This document shows positions 39,263-48,680 of a stretch of 64,000 bases of DNA, one piece after another. The stretch spans positions 1 to 64,000 of the forward strand of contig JBKAGE010000055.1 in the NCBI GenBank assembly GCA_046290225.1. Direction: 5' to 3'. Every line of letters begins with the position of its first letter. Position 1 is the stretch's first letter. Source of the stretch: Bradymonadia bacterium. Its GTDB lineage: Bacteria > Myxococcota_A > Bradymonadia > UBA7976 > UBA1532. The notes under the pieces are model-generated. The model did no database searches and was not told where the DNA came from. It was given only the letters and a program-made list of their open reading frames with translations. The position numbers and the translations under genes are program-made.

Positions 39263-40534
39263 TTAGGGCCTCTTACATCGACACCAGGTGATGGGCCGGT
39301 GACACGCTCGGCCGCTCACCGGCCGGCCCGCACATTGCCCCGCGAGCCCCTCCACGTCGCCGAGCAATACGAACCCGCACTGCGCATCGAGTGCGCTCTG
39401 TCCGCTTCGAATGTACTCATTCGACCGGCCACCTTCTGGCATCACCACCTGCACAGCGTTGCCCAGCAATGCCCGCTCCTGATACCGGGTGGCCACCATG
39501 GGCACTGGGCCGAGGGCCGCTTCGAGGCAGAGTGACAGCGACTCACCATCTCGGGGCGGCCCCAATCCGACGGGCAGAGCGTGTGTGATCCAGATCAGTA
39601 CCCCCACCGCCAGGCCACCCCAGCTCATCGCCAGGGCCATCCAGCTGCGCCAGCGTTGAGTCAAAGGCTCATCGGCGAAAATCAGTGCCGCAGCGGGCCA
39701 GGCCAGAGCCGGCCAGTTCGCCTCCACCCGCATCACGAGAGAGATCAGTGCCCAGCCTGCGAAGATCGGCAGCGACAGCGCCCACAGATCAACGCGTGCA
39801 CGCCAGCCTCGCCTCCGCGCGAGCAACACCCCACACCACACCGGTGAGATCAGCGCGAGCTGCCCGCCGATCAGCTCACCGATGTGCACCCCTGTCCACG
39901 CCCGGCCGCCCTGAAAACTGAAGGGCAGCCAGTCGTTCTGGGCCGACCACCAGAGATGAGGGCTGTAGAGCGCGAAGGCCCCGGCGATGATGAACAGGCC
40001 TCGGCCCCTCCAGCACCACCACAGGCCGGGCAGAGCCAGCACCACAGCAGGTTTGCTCCACAGGCAGCCCGCCAGGGCCAGCGTGCACCAGAAGGGCTTG
40101 CGCGCCACTGTGGCCCAGATCACCGCCGACCAGCACACCAGCAACGGCATGTCGGGGGTCACGATCAGCGGCCAGGCCATGCCCAGCGGCGTCCAGAGGA
40201 TCAACGCGGGCACCCATCGCCATTGTGGGATCTCGAGGCGGCGCCCGGCGTCGGCGAGCAGGGCCAGCGACAAGGGCACTGCGATCAGGCCGAGGACGCG
40301 GGGGCTCCCAGGAGAAAGCGCCATCCACCACGCCACACCTGGTGGGTGGTCGAAATGGCCCAGGGACCACGAGCGGGACCAGTCGGCGTAGTACGCCTCG
40401 TCAGCGAATGGGGGGATCCAGAAAGAGAGGATGAGGGCGATCGACCAGCCGACTGCGGCAGCGATCCAGGGCCGCGCGCTCCGGCCCGCGAGATCGAGGC
40501 CTTCGCTCAGCGTTGGCCCAGGCGCAGCTTCCAC
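39263..40534 (-). CDS. GT-C fold membrane glycosyltransferase (ArnT/PMT_2-like)
   Basis: DEAYYADWS..W.LG.FDHPP, TPD.PL, SK, P.L.W..QNDW.PF.FQ, EANW; many TM helices. Confidence 0.85.
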   Translation of the reverse strand: MEAAPGPTLSEGLDLAGRSARPWIAAAVGWSIALILSFWIPPFADEAYYADWSRSWSLGHFDHPPGVAWWMALSPGSPRVLGLIAVPLSLALLADAGRRLEIPQWRWVPALILWTPLGMAWPLIVTPDMPLLVCWSAVIWATVARKPFWCTLALAGCLWSKPAVVLALPGLWWCWRGRGLFIIAGAFALYSPHLWWSAQNDWLPFSFQGGRAWTGVHIGELIGGQLALISPVWCGVLLARRRGWRARVDLWALSLPIFAGWALISLVMRVEANWPALAWPAAALIFADEPLTQRWRSWMALAMSWGGLAVGVLIWITHALPVGLGPPRDGESLSLCLEAALGPVPMVATRYQERALLGNAVQVVMPEGGRSNEYIRSGQSALDAQCGFVLLGDVEGLAGQCAGRPVSGRACHRPITWCRCKRP

Positions 40535-41223
40535 ACCAGCATCAGGGCCTCGACGAAGATGCGGGTGGTCATCTTCGAATCACCCGCCCGGCGATCAGCG
40601 AAGTGGATCGGAATCTCCACCACCTTGAAGCCCTTGCGGATCGCCCGCCAGGTCAGCTCCACCTGGAAGCCGTAGCCCACAGCCTGAATGTCGTCGAGCT
40701 CGATGGCCTCGAGCACCCTGCGGTGGAAGCACTTGAACCCGCCCGTGAGATCGCGCACGCGGGCCCCGAGACCCAACACGGTGCCGGCGTACAGGCTGCC
40801 GCCACGGCTCATGATCTGTCGACGGAGGGGCCAGTTCTCCGTGCCTCCGCCAGAGACCCAGCGGCTGCCAAGGATGAGATCTGCGTCTCGAGCAGCCTTG
40901 ATGAACTCTGGCAACCGGGTGGGCTCGTGGCTGAAGTCCGCGTCCATCTCGAAGATCAGGACGTAGTCACGCTCCAGGGCCCACTTGAACCCGGCGATGT
41001 ATGCGCGGCCCAGACCCTCTTTGTTGGTGCGGTGAAGCACGTGCACCCGCTCGTCGGCGTCGGCGATCTCGTCGGCCACAGCCCCGGTCCCGTCCGGCGA
41101 GTTGTCGTCCACCACCAGCACGTGCACCGTGGGCACGACGTCGAAGATCTGCGCCAGCAGGGGCGGCAGGTTCTCCCGCTCGTTGAAGGTGGGCACGATG
41201 ATCAGGGCCGGGGGGTGCGTCAT
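40507..41223 (-). CDS. Polyprenol monophosphomannose synthase (GT2, Ppm1/DPM1-like)
   Basis: IVPTFNEREN, VVDDNSPDGTG, GLGRAYIAGF, EMDADFSH, GSRWV.GG, DLTGGFKC, GYGFQVE, F.DRRAG.SK. Confidence 0.9.
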   Translation of the reverse strand: MTHPPALIIVPTFNERENLPPLLAQIFDVVPTVHVLVVDDNSPDGTGAVADEIADADERVHVLHRTNKEGLGRAYIAGFKWALERDYVLIFEMDADFSHEPTRLPEFIKAARDADLILGSRWVSGGGTENWPLRRQIMSRGGSLYAGTVLGLGARVRDLTGGFKCFHRRVLEAIELDDIQAVGYGFQVELTWRAIRKGFKVVEIPIHFADRRAGDSKMTTRIFVEALMLVWKLRLGQR

Positions 41224-41328
41224 CTTTCTACCTGGAGACGTTTCTACCTGGAGACCGACAGGGGCGCGGAAGGTACCCCAACCATCAGACAAATGCCAAC
41301 GCCCTGTGCCGAGGTCGTGGTGGCTGCT

Positions 41329-42435
41329 TCAGGGGCGTCTCACAGGGGGCAGGCTCGCCAGCCCTTCGGCGATCCGCTCTGCGAAGGTGCCACCCTCTGG
41401 ATGCGTCATGCGATCCCTCAGCGCAGAGAGGGGCTCGCGCCAGCGCTCCGGCACCGCCGCCATCTCCCCGAGACGCTCCGCCATGGCTTCTGGCGTGCAC
41501 GCGTCGAGCACCAGCTCCGGCCAGGCCTCTCGGCCGAGGATCAAGTTCGGCAGAGCCACGTGAGGCACACGCACGAGGCGTCGAGCCACCCAGGCAGCCC
41601 CCGCAGGCAGGTGGCCTGCCACCACCACCGGCCGGCCGGCGAGGGTGGCCTCCAGAGAAGAGGTGCCTGCAGTGCTCAAGACCACCGTGGATGCTGCGAG
41701 GGCCTCGGCACTCGACGACCAGATCCGAACCGGCAGCCCCGAAGCGCGGATCGCTGCCACCACCGGGGCGCGATCCACAGTGGGGGCCACGGGTAGATGA
41801 AACCCCAACTCGGGCCACTGACGCCTCAAACGGATCGCCGCCGTGAGCATCAGCGGAAGCAGGCGCGCCACTGCAGGATCACGGCTGCCTGGTAGCAGGC
41901 ACACTGCAGGGGCCGATGGCAGCTCTGGCATCAGACGCTCCGCCAGCGGATGCCCGACCCAATGCGCCGGCACGCCTCTACTCCGATACCAATCTGATTC
42001 GAAAGGCATCAAGCAGCCCACCCACTGCGCCCTCGCCACCCCGGCGCTGCGCCAGGATCGCCATGCCCATGCTTGAGGCGGTGACAGCCAGGCCACCGGC
42101 ACGCCCACCCGCTCAGCCGCTTTGAGCACCCGCATGTTCAACTCGGGAAAATCCACCAGCAGAGCGCCGCGACATCCTCGCAACCTCGCCTTCACCATCC
42201 GAAGCGTGGAGATCACGGCAGGTACAGTGGAGATCGCCTCTCCGAGCCCCTGACCCGCGAGGGCGCTGGCGTGACGCACCAGCCCCACGCCCGCAGCCTC
42301 GGCAGCATCGCCGCCTACACCCCACCATGGCCCCACCGTGGTGGCTTCCAGGGCTGCCCCCAGGAGCGCATCGCCAGAGGCCTCTCCAGCGATGGCCAGC
42401 CAGGGCGCCGTTGGTGTTGCTGTGCGGGTGTTCAA
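41329..42435 (-). CDS. lpxB: Lipid-A-disaccharide synthase
   Basis: IAGEASGD, VDFPELN, PPQAWAWR, MPFE, VGHPL, LLPGSR, GTSSLE, ALPNLILG...PEL. Confidence 0.88.
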   Translation of the reverse strand: MNTRTATPTAPWLAIAGEASGDALLGAALEATTVGPWWGVGGDAAEAAGVGLVRHASALAGQGLGEAISTVPAVISTLRMVKARLRGCRGALLVDFPELNMRVLKAAERVGVPVAWLSPPQAWAWRSWRSAGVARAQWVGCLMPFESDWYRSRGVPAHWVGHPLAERLMPELPSAPAVCLLPGSRDPAVARLLPLMLTAAIRLRRQWPELGFHLPVAPTVDRAPVVAAIRASGLPVRIWSSSAEALAASTVVLSTAGTSSLEATLAGRPVVVAGHLPAGAAWVARRLVRVPHVALPNLILGREAWPELVLDACTPEAMAERLGEMAAVPERWREPLSALRDRMTHPEGGTFAERIAEGLASLPPVRRP

Positions 42436-43316
42436 GCGGCGGCAGGGCGCGAAGGGGCCACCTCGGCCACCATCCGCAAAACCCTCAGGGCGTGCTCCCC
42501 TCGAGCGAGGGGCTCGGGCCAGTGACCGGTGCGGATCATGGAGACAAATGCCACCAGCTGTCTGGCGAGTGGATCTGCCACTCTGCCATCGCTCAGACGC
42601 GTCGTGACGCCGTCGGCCCAGAGGCGGCGGCGCACGCTCAGCGCCCGATGTGTCGACGTCAGCCGCGCAGCTCGGCCATCAGCACCTTCCAGTCGGATCT
42701 CCACATGATCTGGGGCCGAGCTGACCCCCTGAACCTTCAGAGAAGGCCCCATGAGGTGAAGCGCCAGGTCAAGATCGTGCACCAGCCAGTCAAGGTGCAA
42801 TGGCGCGCCGCCAGGGCGAGGTGGCCCGGATCGACGTGCCACGATGCGCTGCGGGCGTGACGGAACTGAAGCCAGTGTGGGGTTGAAGCGCTCCAAGTAG
42901 CCCACGGCGAGGCCCACCCCTCGGCGGCGGCTTTCAGCCACCAGAGCCTCACACTCTCCCGGCGACATGGCGCCCGGCTTCTCCACGAGGGTGTGCACCC
43001 CTCGGCTCAGAGACATCTGCGCCACTGGGGCCAGGGCACGTAGGGGCACCGCCACCACCGCCCCTGCCGGGCGCTCCGGGAGATCATCCAGGTGAGCACC
43101 AAAGGGCAGCGGGGTACCGTCACCGAGATGATGCGCCAGCCGGCGAGCCCGCAGAAGATCAGGGTCGATCACCCCCGCCACGTGCACGCCGGGCAACGCC
43201 TTGAGCTTCTCCCCGTGCACAGTGCCCCAACGCCCTGCACCGATGACGGCTACAGAAAGTGTGTGTCGGGGGATCTCGTCGTGGGAGATCGTGCTGTGGG
43301 ATGGCAAGGCGGTCAT
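42432..43316 (-). CDS. Gfo/Idh/MocA NAD-dependent oxidoreductase, GnnA-like
   Basis: VAVIGAGRWG..H, LVEKP, VGYLERFNP, D.LVHDLD; overlaps the lpxB start. Confidence 0.8.
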   Translation of the reverse strand: MTALPSHSTISHDEIPRHTLSVAVIGAGRWGTVHGEKLKALPGVHVAGVIDPDLLRARRLAHHLGDGTPLPFGAHLDDLPERPAGAVVAVPLRALAPVAQMSLSRGVHTLVEKPGAMSPGECEALVAESRRRGVGLAVGYLERFNPTLASVPSRPQRIVARRSGPPRPGGAPLHLDWLVHDLDLALHLMGPSLKVQGVSSAPDHVEIRLEGADGRAARLTSTHRALSVRRRLWADGVTTRLSDGRVADPLARQLVAFVSMIRTGHWPEPLARGEHALRVLRMVAEVAPSRPAAA

Positions 43317-43658
43317 GCGCACGCTCGGTGGGTCGCGGGTGCTGTTTTGTTAGTGGCCTCTTAGCCGCTTCACCGTGGAAAGACAACCAGGACACCTGAC
43401 CGCCCGTGGTGTCACCTGTGCGGACAGTTCCTTGAAAAATGCCACCTGCGCAACGCACTTCGAGGCTCGAGTGCGAACCAGTTTACGCACTCAAGCGGGG
43501 CTTCACTGGGGTGTTCCCCCGTGCTCGCCCCTCTGTCACGGGGATGCAACGGAGTTTCTGCGAAATGTCACAGCGACTCGAAAAGCTGGCATGTGCTCTG
43601 CATGAAGGGCGGCCATCGTGTGCAGCCACGCTGCGCAAGTGAGACTGAGGAGTTGCTC

Positions 43659-44714
43659 ATGTCCGTCGCCAAAGACCTGCGCTCTGATCGTGATGACCTG
43701 ACCCCCACTCGTCCTTCGGCGGGGACCGCGGTCATCTTGAACGCAAACGCCAAGCGCGTGACCCCTCGGGTGCGTCGTCTGGTGGAGGCCAGCGCAGGAG
43801 ACGCCGACGTCTTCTTCACCGAAGATCTCGAGCAGGCGCAGTTCGTGAGCCACCGTGTCGCCGATCGCGGCTACAAGCTCGTGGTCACCGGCGGCGGTGA
43901 CGGCACCGTCACCAACACCATCGATCAGGTGGTCCGTCGCATCGAGGACACCCGGGGCGCCGAGCAGGTCCCCTACCCTCAGTTCGCCGTGCTCAAGCTC
44001 GGCACCGGGAACGCCGTGGCGGACTTCCTCCAGGCCCGGCACTTCAAGCAGGATCTCGCAGAGCTGTCTCAGGCTCAGGTGAAGCCCGTCGATCTCATCC
44101 AGCTCGACGACGGCCGCCGGGTGCCCTTCGCCGGCTTCGGCTGGGACGCCCACATCCTGAACAACTACGATCAGCTCAAAGAGGCCGCTCAGAAGAACCG
44201 GGTGACCCGGGCGCTCTTCAAGAGCGTGCTCGGCTACCTCATCGCCGGCCTGGGCAAGTCGGTCCCCGAGTTCTTGATCCAGCGGCCTCAGTGGCAGTGC
44301 CGGGTCATCAACGCCGGCGGCATGGCGCTGCAGCTCGACACCGACGGCAACGTGGTGAAGCGCTTCGCCCCGGGCGAGGTGGTCTACGAGGGCGGGGTGC
44401 GCATGGCCTGCTTCGGCACCACCCCCTACTTCGGCTTCAAGTTCAAGATCATGCCCTTCGCCGATCGCACGCCGGGCATGTTCCACCTGCGGCTCATCAA
44501 CATGCCCCCCCTCGCCGCCGTGGCTCAGCTGCGCAGCGCCTGGAAGGGCAAGATGCGCCATCGCAACCTCACCGATCTGCAGATGACCGCCTGTCGCATC
44601 GAATTCGACGACAAGGCCCCCTTCCAGATCGCCGGTGATGCTGAAGGCTACCGCGACAGCATCGAACTCAAGGTCAACGAGCAGCCTCTCGAGTGCCTGC
44701 ACTTCGCCGCCTGA
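43659..44714 (+). CDS. Diacylglycerol kinase family lipid kinase
   Basis: ILNANA, GGGDGT, LGTGNA, G.GWDA, FQIAGD; GAGGAG RBS. Confidence 0.87.
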   Translation: MSVAKDLRSDRDDLTPTRPSAGTAVILNANAKRVTPRVRRLVEASAGDADVFFTEDLEQAQFVSHRVADRGYKLVVTGGGDGTVTNTIDQVVRRIEDTRGAEQVPYPQFAVLKLGTGNAVADFLQARHFKQDLAELSQAQVKPVDLIQLDDGRRVPFAGFGWDAHILNNYDQLKEAAQKNRVTRALFKSVLGYLIAGLGKSVPEFLIQRPQWQCRVINAGGMALQLDTDGNVVKRFAPGEVVYEGGVRMACFGTTPYFGFKFKIMPFADRTPGMFHLRLINMPPLAAVAQLRSAWKGKMRHRNLTDLQMTACRIEFDDKAPFQIAGDAEGYRDSIELKVNEQPLECLHFAA

Positions 44715-44720
44715 GGTGCC

Positions 44721-45143
44721 ATGGCCGCAGCATGGGCCATCGTAGAGCGTGACGGCGCAGTCCTCTTTGTACAGCGCAGCGCACGCACCAGTCGCCCCGG
44801 CCAGTGGTGTCTGCCCGGGGGTCGCATTCACGGCGGAGAAGACTCCGGCGATGCCGCTTTGCGTGAGCTGCGCGAAGAGACCGGCCTCGTCGGCACGCTG
44901 GGCAACCTCGCCCACGACACCCCCAAACAGTTCTACTACCAGTGCCACGTCGATGGTGATCAGCAGGTGAGTCTCAAGGCCAACGAGTGCCAGGACCACC
45001 GCTGGGTGGCCCCTGCAGATCTACTGTCTCTGGGCCACATCATGGAGCTGCGCCGCGTGGTCCTCGCCTTGCGGGTGCTGGGGTTCGAGATCCACCTGCC
45101 GCCAGGGCTCGAGCATTATGTCCAGCGCGGTGGCCGGCGCTGA
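44721..45143 (+). CDS. NUDIX hydrolase
   Basis: Nudix box PGGRIHGGEDSGDAALRELREETGL. Confidence 0.9.
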   Translation: MAAAWAIVERDGAVLFVQRSARTSRPGQWCLPGGRIHGGEDSGDAALRELREETGLVGTLGNLAHDTPKQFYYQCHVDGDQQVSLKANECQDHRWVAPADLLSLGHIMELRRVVLALRVLGFEIHLPPGLEHYVQRGGRR

Positions 45144-45255
45144 GACGGCGCAGATCGGCCAGGGTCGACCTTGACCCATTGGCCAACGCATCCGATTCCT
45201 TCAAAATGGATTCCCTGCTCTGAATCACGACACTGCATTGCCCAAGGAGACACCA

Positions 45256-46119
45256 GTGCTCAACGCCCTCTCTGTGGATGTCGAGGACTACTTCCACGTC
45301 GAGAACCTCACCCACCGCATCACCCGTGATGACTGGGACTCGATGCCTCTGCGGGTGGAAGACAGCACCCTGCGGCTGCTCGACATGTTCGACAGTCACG
45401 GGGCCAGGGCCACTTTCTTCACCCTCGGCTGGGTGGCGGAGCGCTGCCCTGATCTGGTGAAGGAGATCCACCGCCGGGGCCACGAGATCGGGTGTCACAG
45501 CCACCTGCACCGGCTCATCTTCAACCTCGAGCCTGAGGAGTTCAGGGCCGACACCCTCAAGTGCAAGACCCTGCTCGAAGATCTCATCGGTGAGCCCGTG
45601 GTGGGCTATCGCGCCCCGAGCTACAGCATCACCACCAAGAACCTGTGGGCCCTCGACGTACTCGCCGAGCTCGGCTTCGTCTACGACTCGAGCATCTTCC
45701 CCGTGCGACACGATCGCTATGGGATCCCCAACTTCCACCGCTGGCCCGTGGCTGATCTGCCCACCCCCAAGGGGCATCGGATCCACGAGTTCCCCCTCAC
45801 CACCTTCCGCATGGGCAACATGAACATGCCTGCTGCTGGTGGCGGCTACCTGCGCCTTCTGCCCCCGCAGTGGACGCGGCACGGGGTGCAGTCGGCCAAC
45901 CGCGCCGGGCGCCCAGCGATCCTCTACATTCATCCATGGGAGATCGACGACGGCCAGCCCCGGGTCGAGGGCCTCGGCCGCCTCAAGCAGTTCCGCTGCT
46001 ACCACAACCTCGACGCCACCTTCGATCGTCTCGAAGATCTCGTCCGCCGGTTCCAGTGGGGCACGGTGCGCGAGGTGCTCGCCCAGACGCTGCAGCGCCC
46101 AGATCTCGAAGCGGCCTGA
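45256..46119 (+). CDS. Polysaccharide deacetylase, XrtA/PEP-CTERM-locus type (DUF3473)
   Basis: NALSVDVEDYFHV, ATFFTLGWVAE, GHEIGCHS..H, GYRAPSYSI, YDSSIFP..HDRYG, AGGGYLR, YIHPWEID; AAGGAG RBS before GTG 45256. Confidence 0.9.
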   Translation: MLNALSVDVEDYFHVENLTHRITRDDWDSMPLRVEDSTLRLLDMFDSHGARATFFTLGWVAERCPDLVKEIHRRGHEIGCHSHLHRLIFNLEPEEFRADTLKCKTLLEDLIGEPVVGYRAPSYSITTKNLWALDVLAELGFVYDSSIFPVRHDRYGIPNFHRWPVADLPTPKGHRIHEFPLTTFRMGNMNMPAAGGGYLRLLPPQWTRHGVQSANRAGRPAILYIHPWEIDDGQPRVEGLGRLKQFRCYHNLDATFDRLEDLVRRFQWGTVREVLAQTLQRPDLEAA

Positions 46120-46149
46120 TCTCGAAGCAGCCTGATCTCGAAGTGGCCT
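46102..46149 (+). repeat. 16-bp tandem repeat x3 spanning the deacetylase stop codon
   Basis: GATCTCGAAGCGGCCT / GATCTCGAAGCAGCCT / GATCTCGAAGTGGCCT. Confidence 0.8.
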
Positions 46150-46154
46150 GGGCC

Positions 46155-48680
46155 TCAGCCCAAGCGGTCTTTCAAGCGACGCCAGGTCGAGGGCAGCGTC
46201 ATGGCCTTCCCGATCTTCACCCAACCCGTCGGTGACTTGAGCATGCCCTTCACCTGAGACTTCTGGGGCACGAAGGGCCCTGGAGGCTCGCCAAAGTCGA
46301 AGTGCGGCTCAGTGTCAGCGTGGGGCGAGGCCGCCGTCGGGTGCATATGGGCATGGGCCCGGACCACGGCGGGGTGCAGCTGCAGGATCAGCGGTCGACA
46401 CAACGTGTGCTTCCTGAACGACAGCAGCTCAGTCAGGGCGTTGTCGTAGAACTTCTCTGCCCAGTCGAACCACTGTTGCCGCACCGACTCGGGGGCGAAC
46501 CACGCCGCCTGCCACACCACCTGGGCCTTGCGCAGATCCTGAGCGGGCCAGGTCTCGGTGTAGTGCTCCAGGCGCTCGGGATACAGCGTGGAAGAGCGCT
46601 CGTGATCCACCATCCACTGGGCGAACCTCAGGAGCGAGGCCCGCGCATAGGCCCACATCTCGTCGAGGGCATCGTGCTCCTCTTTGAGGTGCACGTAGTG
46701 GGCGAGGTACTTCAGGAACACCGTGTACGACCAGCGGTACTCCACGTCGAGCAGGTCGAGGGTCTCGATGTCCTGGGCCGGGTGAGTGACCCGCCGGATG
46801 ATGCGCTCCGCCCGGTTCAGGTAGCGCTGATCACCGCTGAGCCGATACGCTGTACACAGCGCATTGAGCGAGTTCCCTGCGCCACGGCCTGGGCCGTGGA
46901 AGTCAGGGAACACCGTCATGGTGGAGAGGCCTGTCTCGCTCAGTGCGAAGGGCCCGTAGAGCGTGTCGGCGCCGTTCTCCATGGCCATGACCCACTCCGC
47001 GGCGTCGATCACCGCCCGGGCGGCCTCGGGGTGGCCGGTCAGGCAGTAATAGAGGTAGGCCCCGCTGGGGTAGTTGTGCTCGTTCGACGGACCCCCACCG
47101 TAGCCACCTTCGATCTGCTCAGCGTTGAGCTTGGAGTAGGCCCGGTGGGTGGCGGTCCCCGCCCCCATGTAGTGATCAGAATGCCAGAACAGCCCGCGGT
47201 TGTAGGCGTCTCGATCCCGGGTGGTTTTGTAGGTGTCGATGTCCATGTAGTGCCAGGCCAGGGGCTCGGCGAGATCGAACCAGCGCCGATCTGCGCTGCG
47301 CAGGCCTTGTAGGAAGAACGCTTCGACACAGTCGTACTGGTTGTTGTAGTGGCTCACCATGGGCTCGGGGCCCTGATGATGCACGGTCTCGTGATCGGCA
47401 TAGAGATCACCGAAGTTGCGCCACCCGTACTCGTCGATGATCTCCCTGCGGGCGGCGAGGCCCTGCTCGGCGTCGACGATGTGCTCGATGAGGGCCGCCG
47501 CGCGGGGCTCGTCCACGCTCACGGGCCCCAGATGATCTGCAGCGTGGCTCTCGATGACCTCGGCTGCAGTCTGGAGCGCTCGCGGGCGCTGGTGCACCCA
47601 GCCCAACGCCGTGCTGCCCAGCCAGATGACGTGGGTCTTGCGCTCTCCAGGCTGGATCTCGTGTCGATCGCCGTGCTCCACGGGCCACAGCGAGAACCGC
47701 ACCGCCTCTCCGTCGCTCTCCATGGCCTTGGGGAAGCTCTGCCAGAAGTGCTCGATCGTGCCATGCAGGGTGTTGGATTGCTGGTCCAGCCCCTTCACCG
47801 TGCCTGTGTGGGCGGTCCAGCTCAGCTCGGGGCTCGCCCGATCACCAGAGAGGGCGGTGTCGCCCACCTGAGCCCGCCACCCTCGGAACTTGAGCGGCAC
47901 CATGCCCTCAGCGTTGACGTGGTTGCGGCTGTTCCAGCGTGAGCCGCCGGAGCTCGCCTGGAACACGTGCAGCCGATCGCCCTCTACATCGAGCCATTGG
48001 GCGTCGACATCTTCCCGCCATTTCACCTCGCCCGTAGAAGCCGGCAGTCGGAGGCTGATGTCTCGAAAGTAGACCGCGTTGGGATCACCGAGATCCCAGA
48101 GGTTGCCTTTGTGCACGGCCCCCTGAGGGTTGTGCACGGCGATCTCCACCTTGAAGGCCTGCAGCCCGGACCACACCGAGATGCGGGCAGTGAGCACGAG
48201 CTCTCCGAGGGCATACGTGGTGGCCACCACCCCCCTCAAAGGCCCCGCCATCTCCACTGTGGTGCGCTGTGGTGCAGGGATCTGACGTCGACCCCTGGCC
48301 CCCACCACGGAGAGGGTGGCGCCGAGCGGCAGGCCCCGAGCCAGGGGGAGCGCCCGCGGCCCCGTGAAGCCGCCCACGTCCACCCCGAGAGGCGGCGAAG
48401 GCCGCAGCGGATGCCCGGGGACGAGCCGATAGGTGCCCCCTGCCCCGTCGTCGATGAGATCAGCCACCAGCCACTTTACTGATCCATCGGGCCACAGCGC
48501 GGTGGCCTGGCACTGCACCATGGCTGGCGCGTTTCGAGGATCGACGAGCGCCGCACGCTGTGGATCAGCGAGGCGCCCTTGCGGAAGCGCCAGGCCCACG
48601 CTCAGAGGTGCCTTGAGCCCGCTGGGGTTGTCGACGGTGAAGGTGGCCAGATCGGCCGTGCTGTTCGATGGTGCGCTCAT
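46155..48680 (-). CDS. Uncharacterised protein resembling the YetA/exo-rhamnogalacturonan-lyase-like family
   Basis: N-terminal GL.LPQG...Q......WPDGSVKW; EYGWRNFGD...DHE, NNQYD, H.MDID, FWH.DHY. Family assignment is from memory of motifs. Confidence 0.6.
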   Translation of the reverse strand: MSAPSNSTADLATFTVDNPSGLKAPLSVGLALPQGRLADPQRAALVDPRNAPAMVQCQATALWPDGSVKWLVADLIDDGAGGTYRLVPGHPLRPSPPLGVDVGGFTGPRALPLARGLPLGATLSVVGARGRRQIPAPQRTTVEMAGPLRGVVATTYALGELVLTARISVWSGLQAFKVEIAVHNPQGAVHKGNLWDLGDPNAVYFRDISLRLPASTGEVKWREDVDAQWLDVEGDRLHVFQASSGGSRWNSRNHVNAEGMVPLKFRGWRAQVGDTALSGDRASPELSWTAHTGTVKGLDQQSNTLHGTIEHFWQSFPKAMESDGEAVRFSLWPVEHGDRHEIQPGERKTHVIWLGSTALGWVHQRPRALQTAAEVIESHAADHLGPVSVDEPRAAALIEHIVDAEQGLAARREIIDEYGWRNFGDLYADHETVHHQGPEPMVSHYNNQYDCVEAFFLQGLRSADRRWFDLAEPLAWHYMDIDTYKTTRDRDAYNRGLFWHSDHYMGAGTATHRAYSKLNAEQIEGGYGGGPSNEHNYPSGAYLYYCLTGHPEAARAVIDAAEWVMAMENGADTLYGPFALSETGLSTMTVFPDFHGPGRGAGNSLNALCTAYRLSGDQRYLNRAERIIRRVTHPAQDIETLDLLDVEYRWSYTVFLKYLAHYVHLKEEHDALDEMWAYARASLLRFAQWMVDHERSSTLYPERLEHYTETWPAQDLRKAQVVWQAAWFAPESVRQQWFDWAEKFYDNALTELLSFRKHTLCRPLILQLHPAVVRAHAHMHPTAASPHADTEPHFDFGEPPGPFVPQKSQVKGMLKSPTGWVKIGKAMTLPSTWRRLKDRLG

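Noticed and set aside
43410..43571. Three TGTCAC hexamers upstream of the lipid kinase as a regulator site
   Set aside because: Too short and irregularly spaced to support without comparative data.
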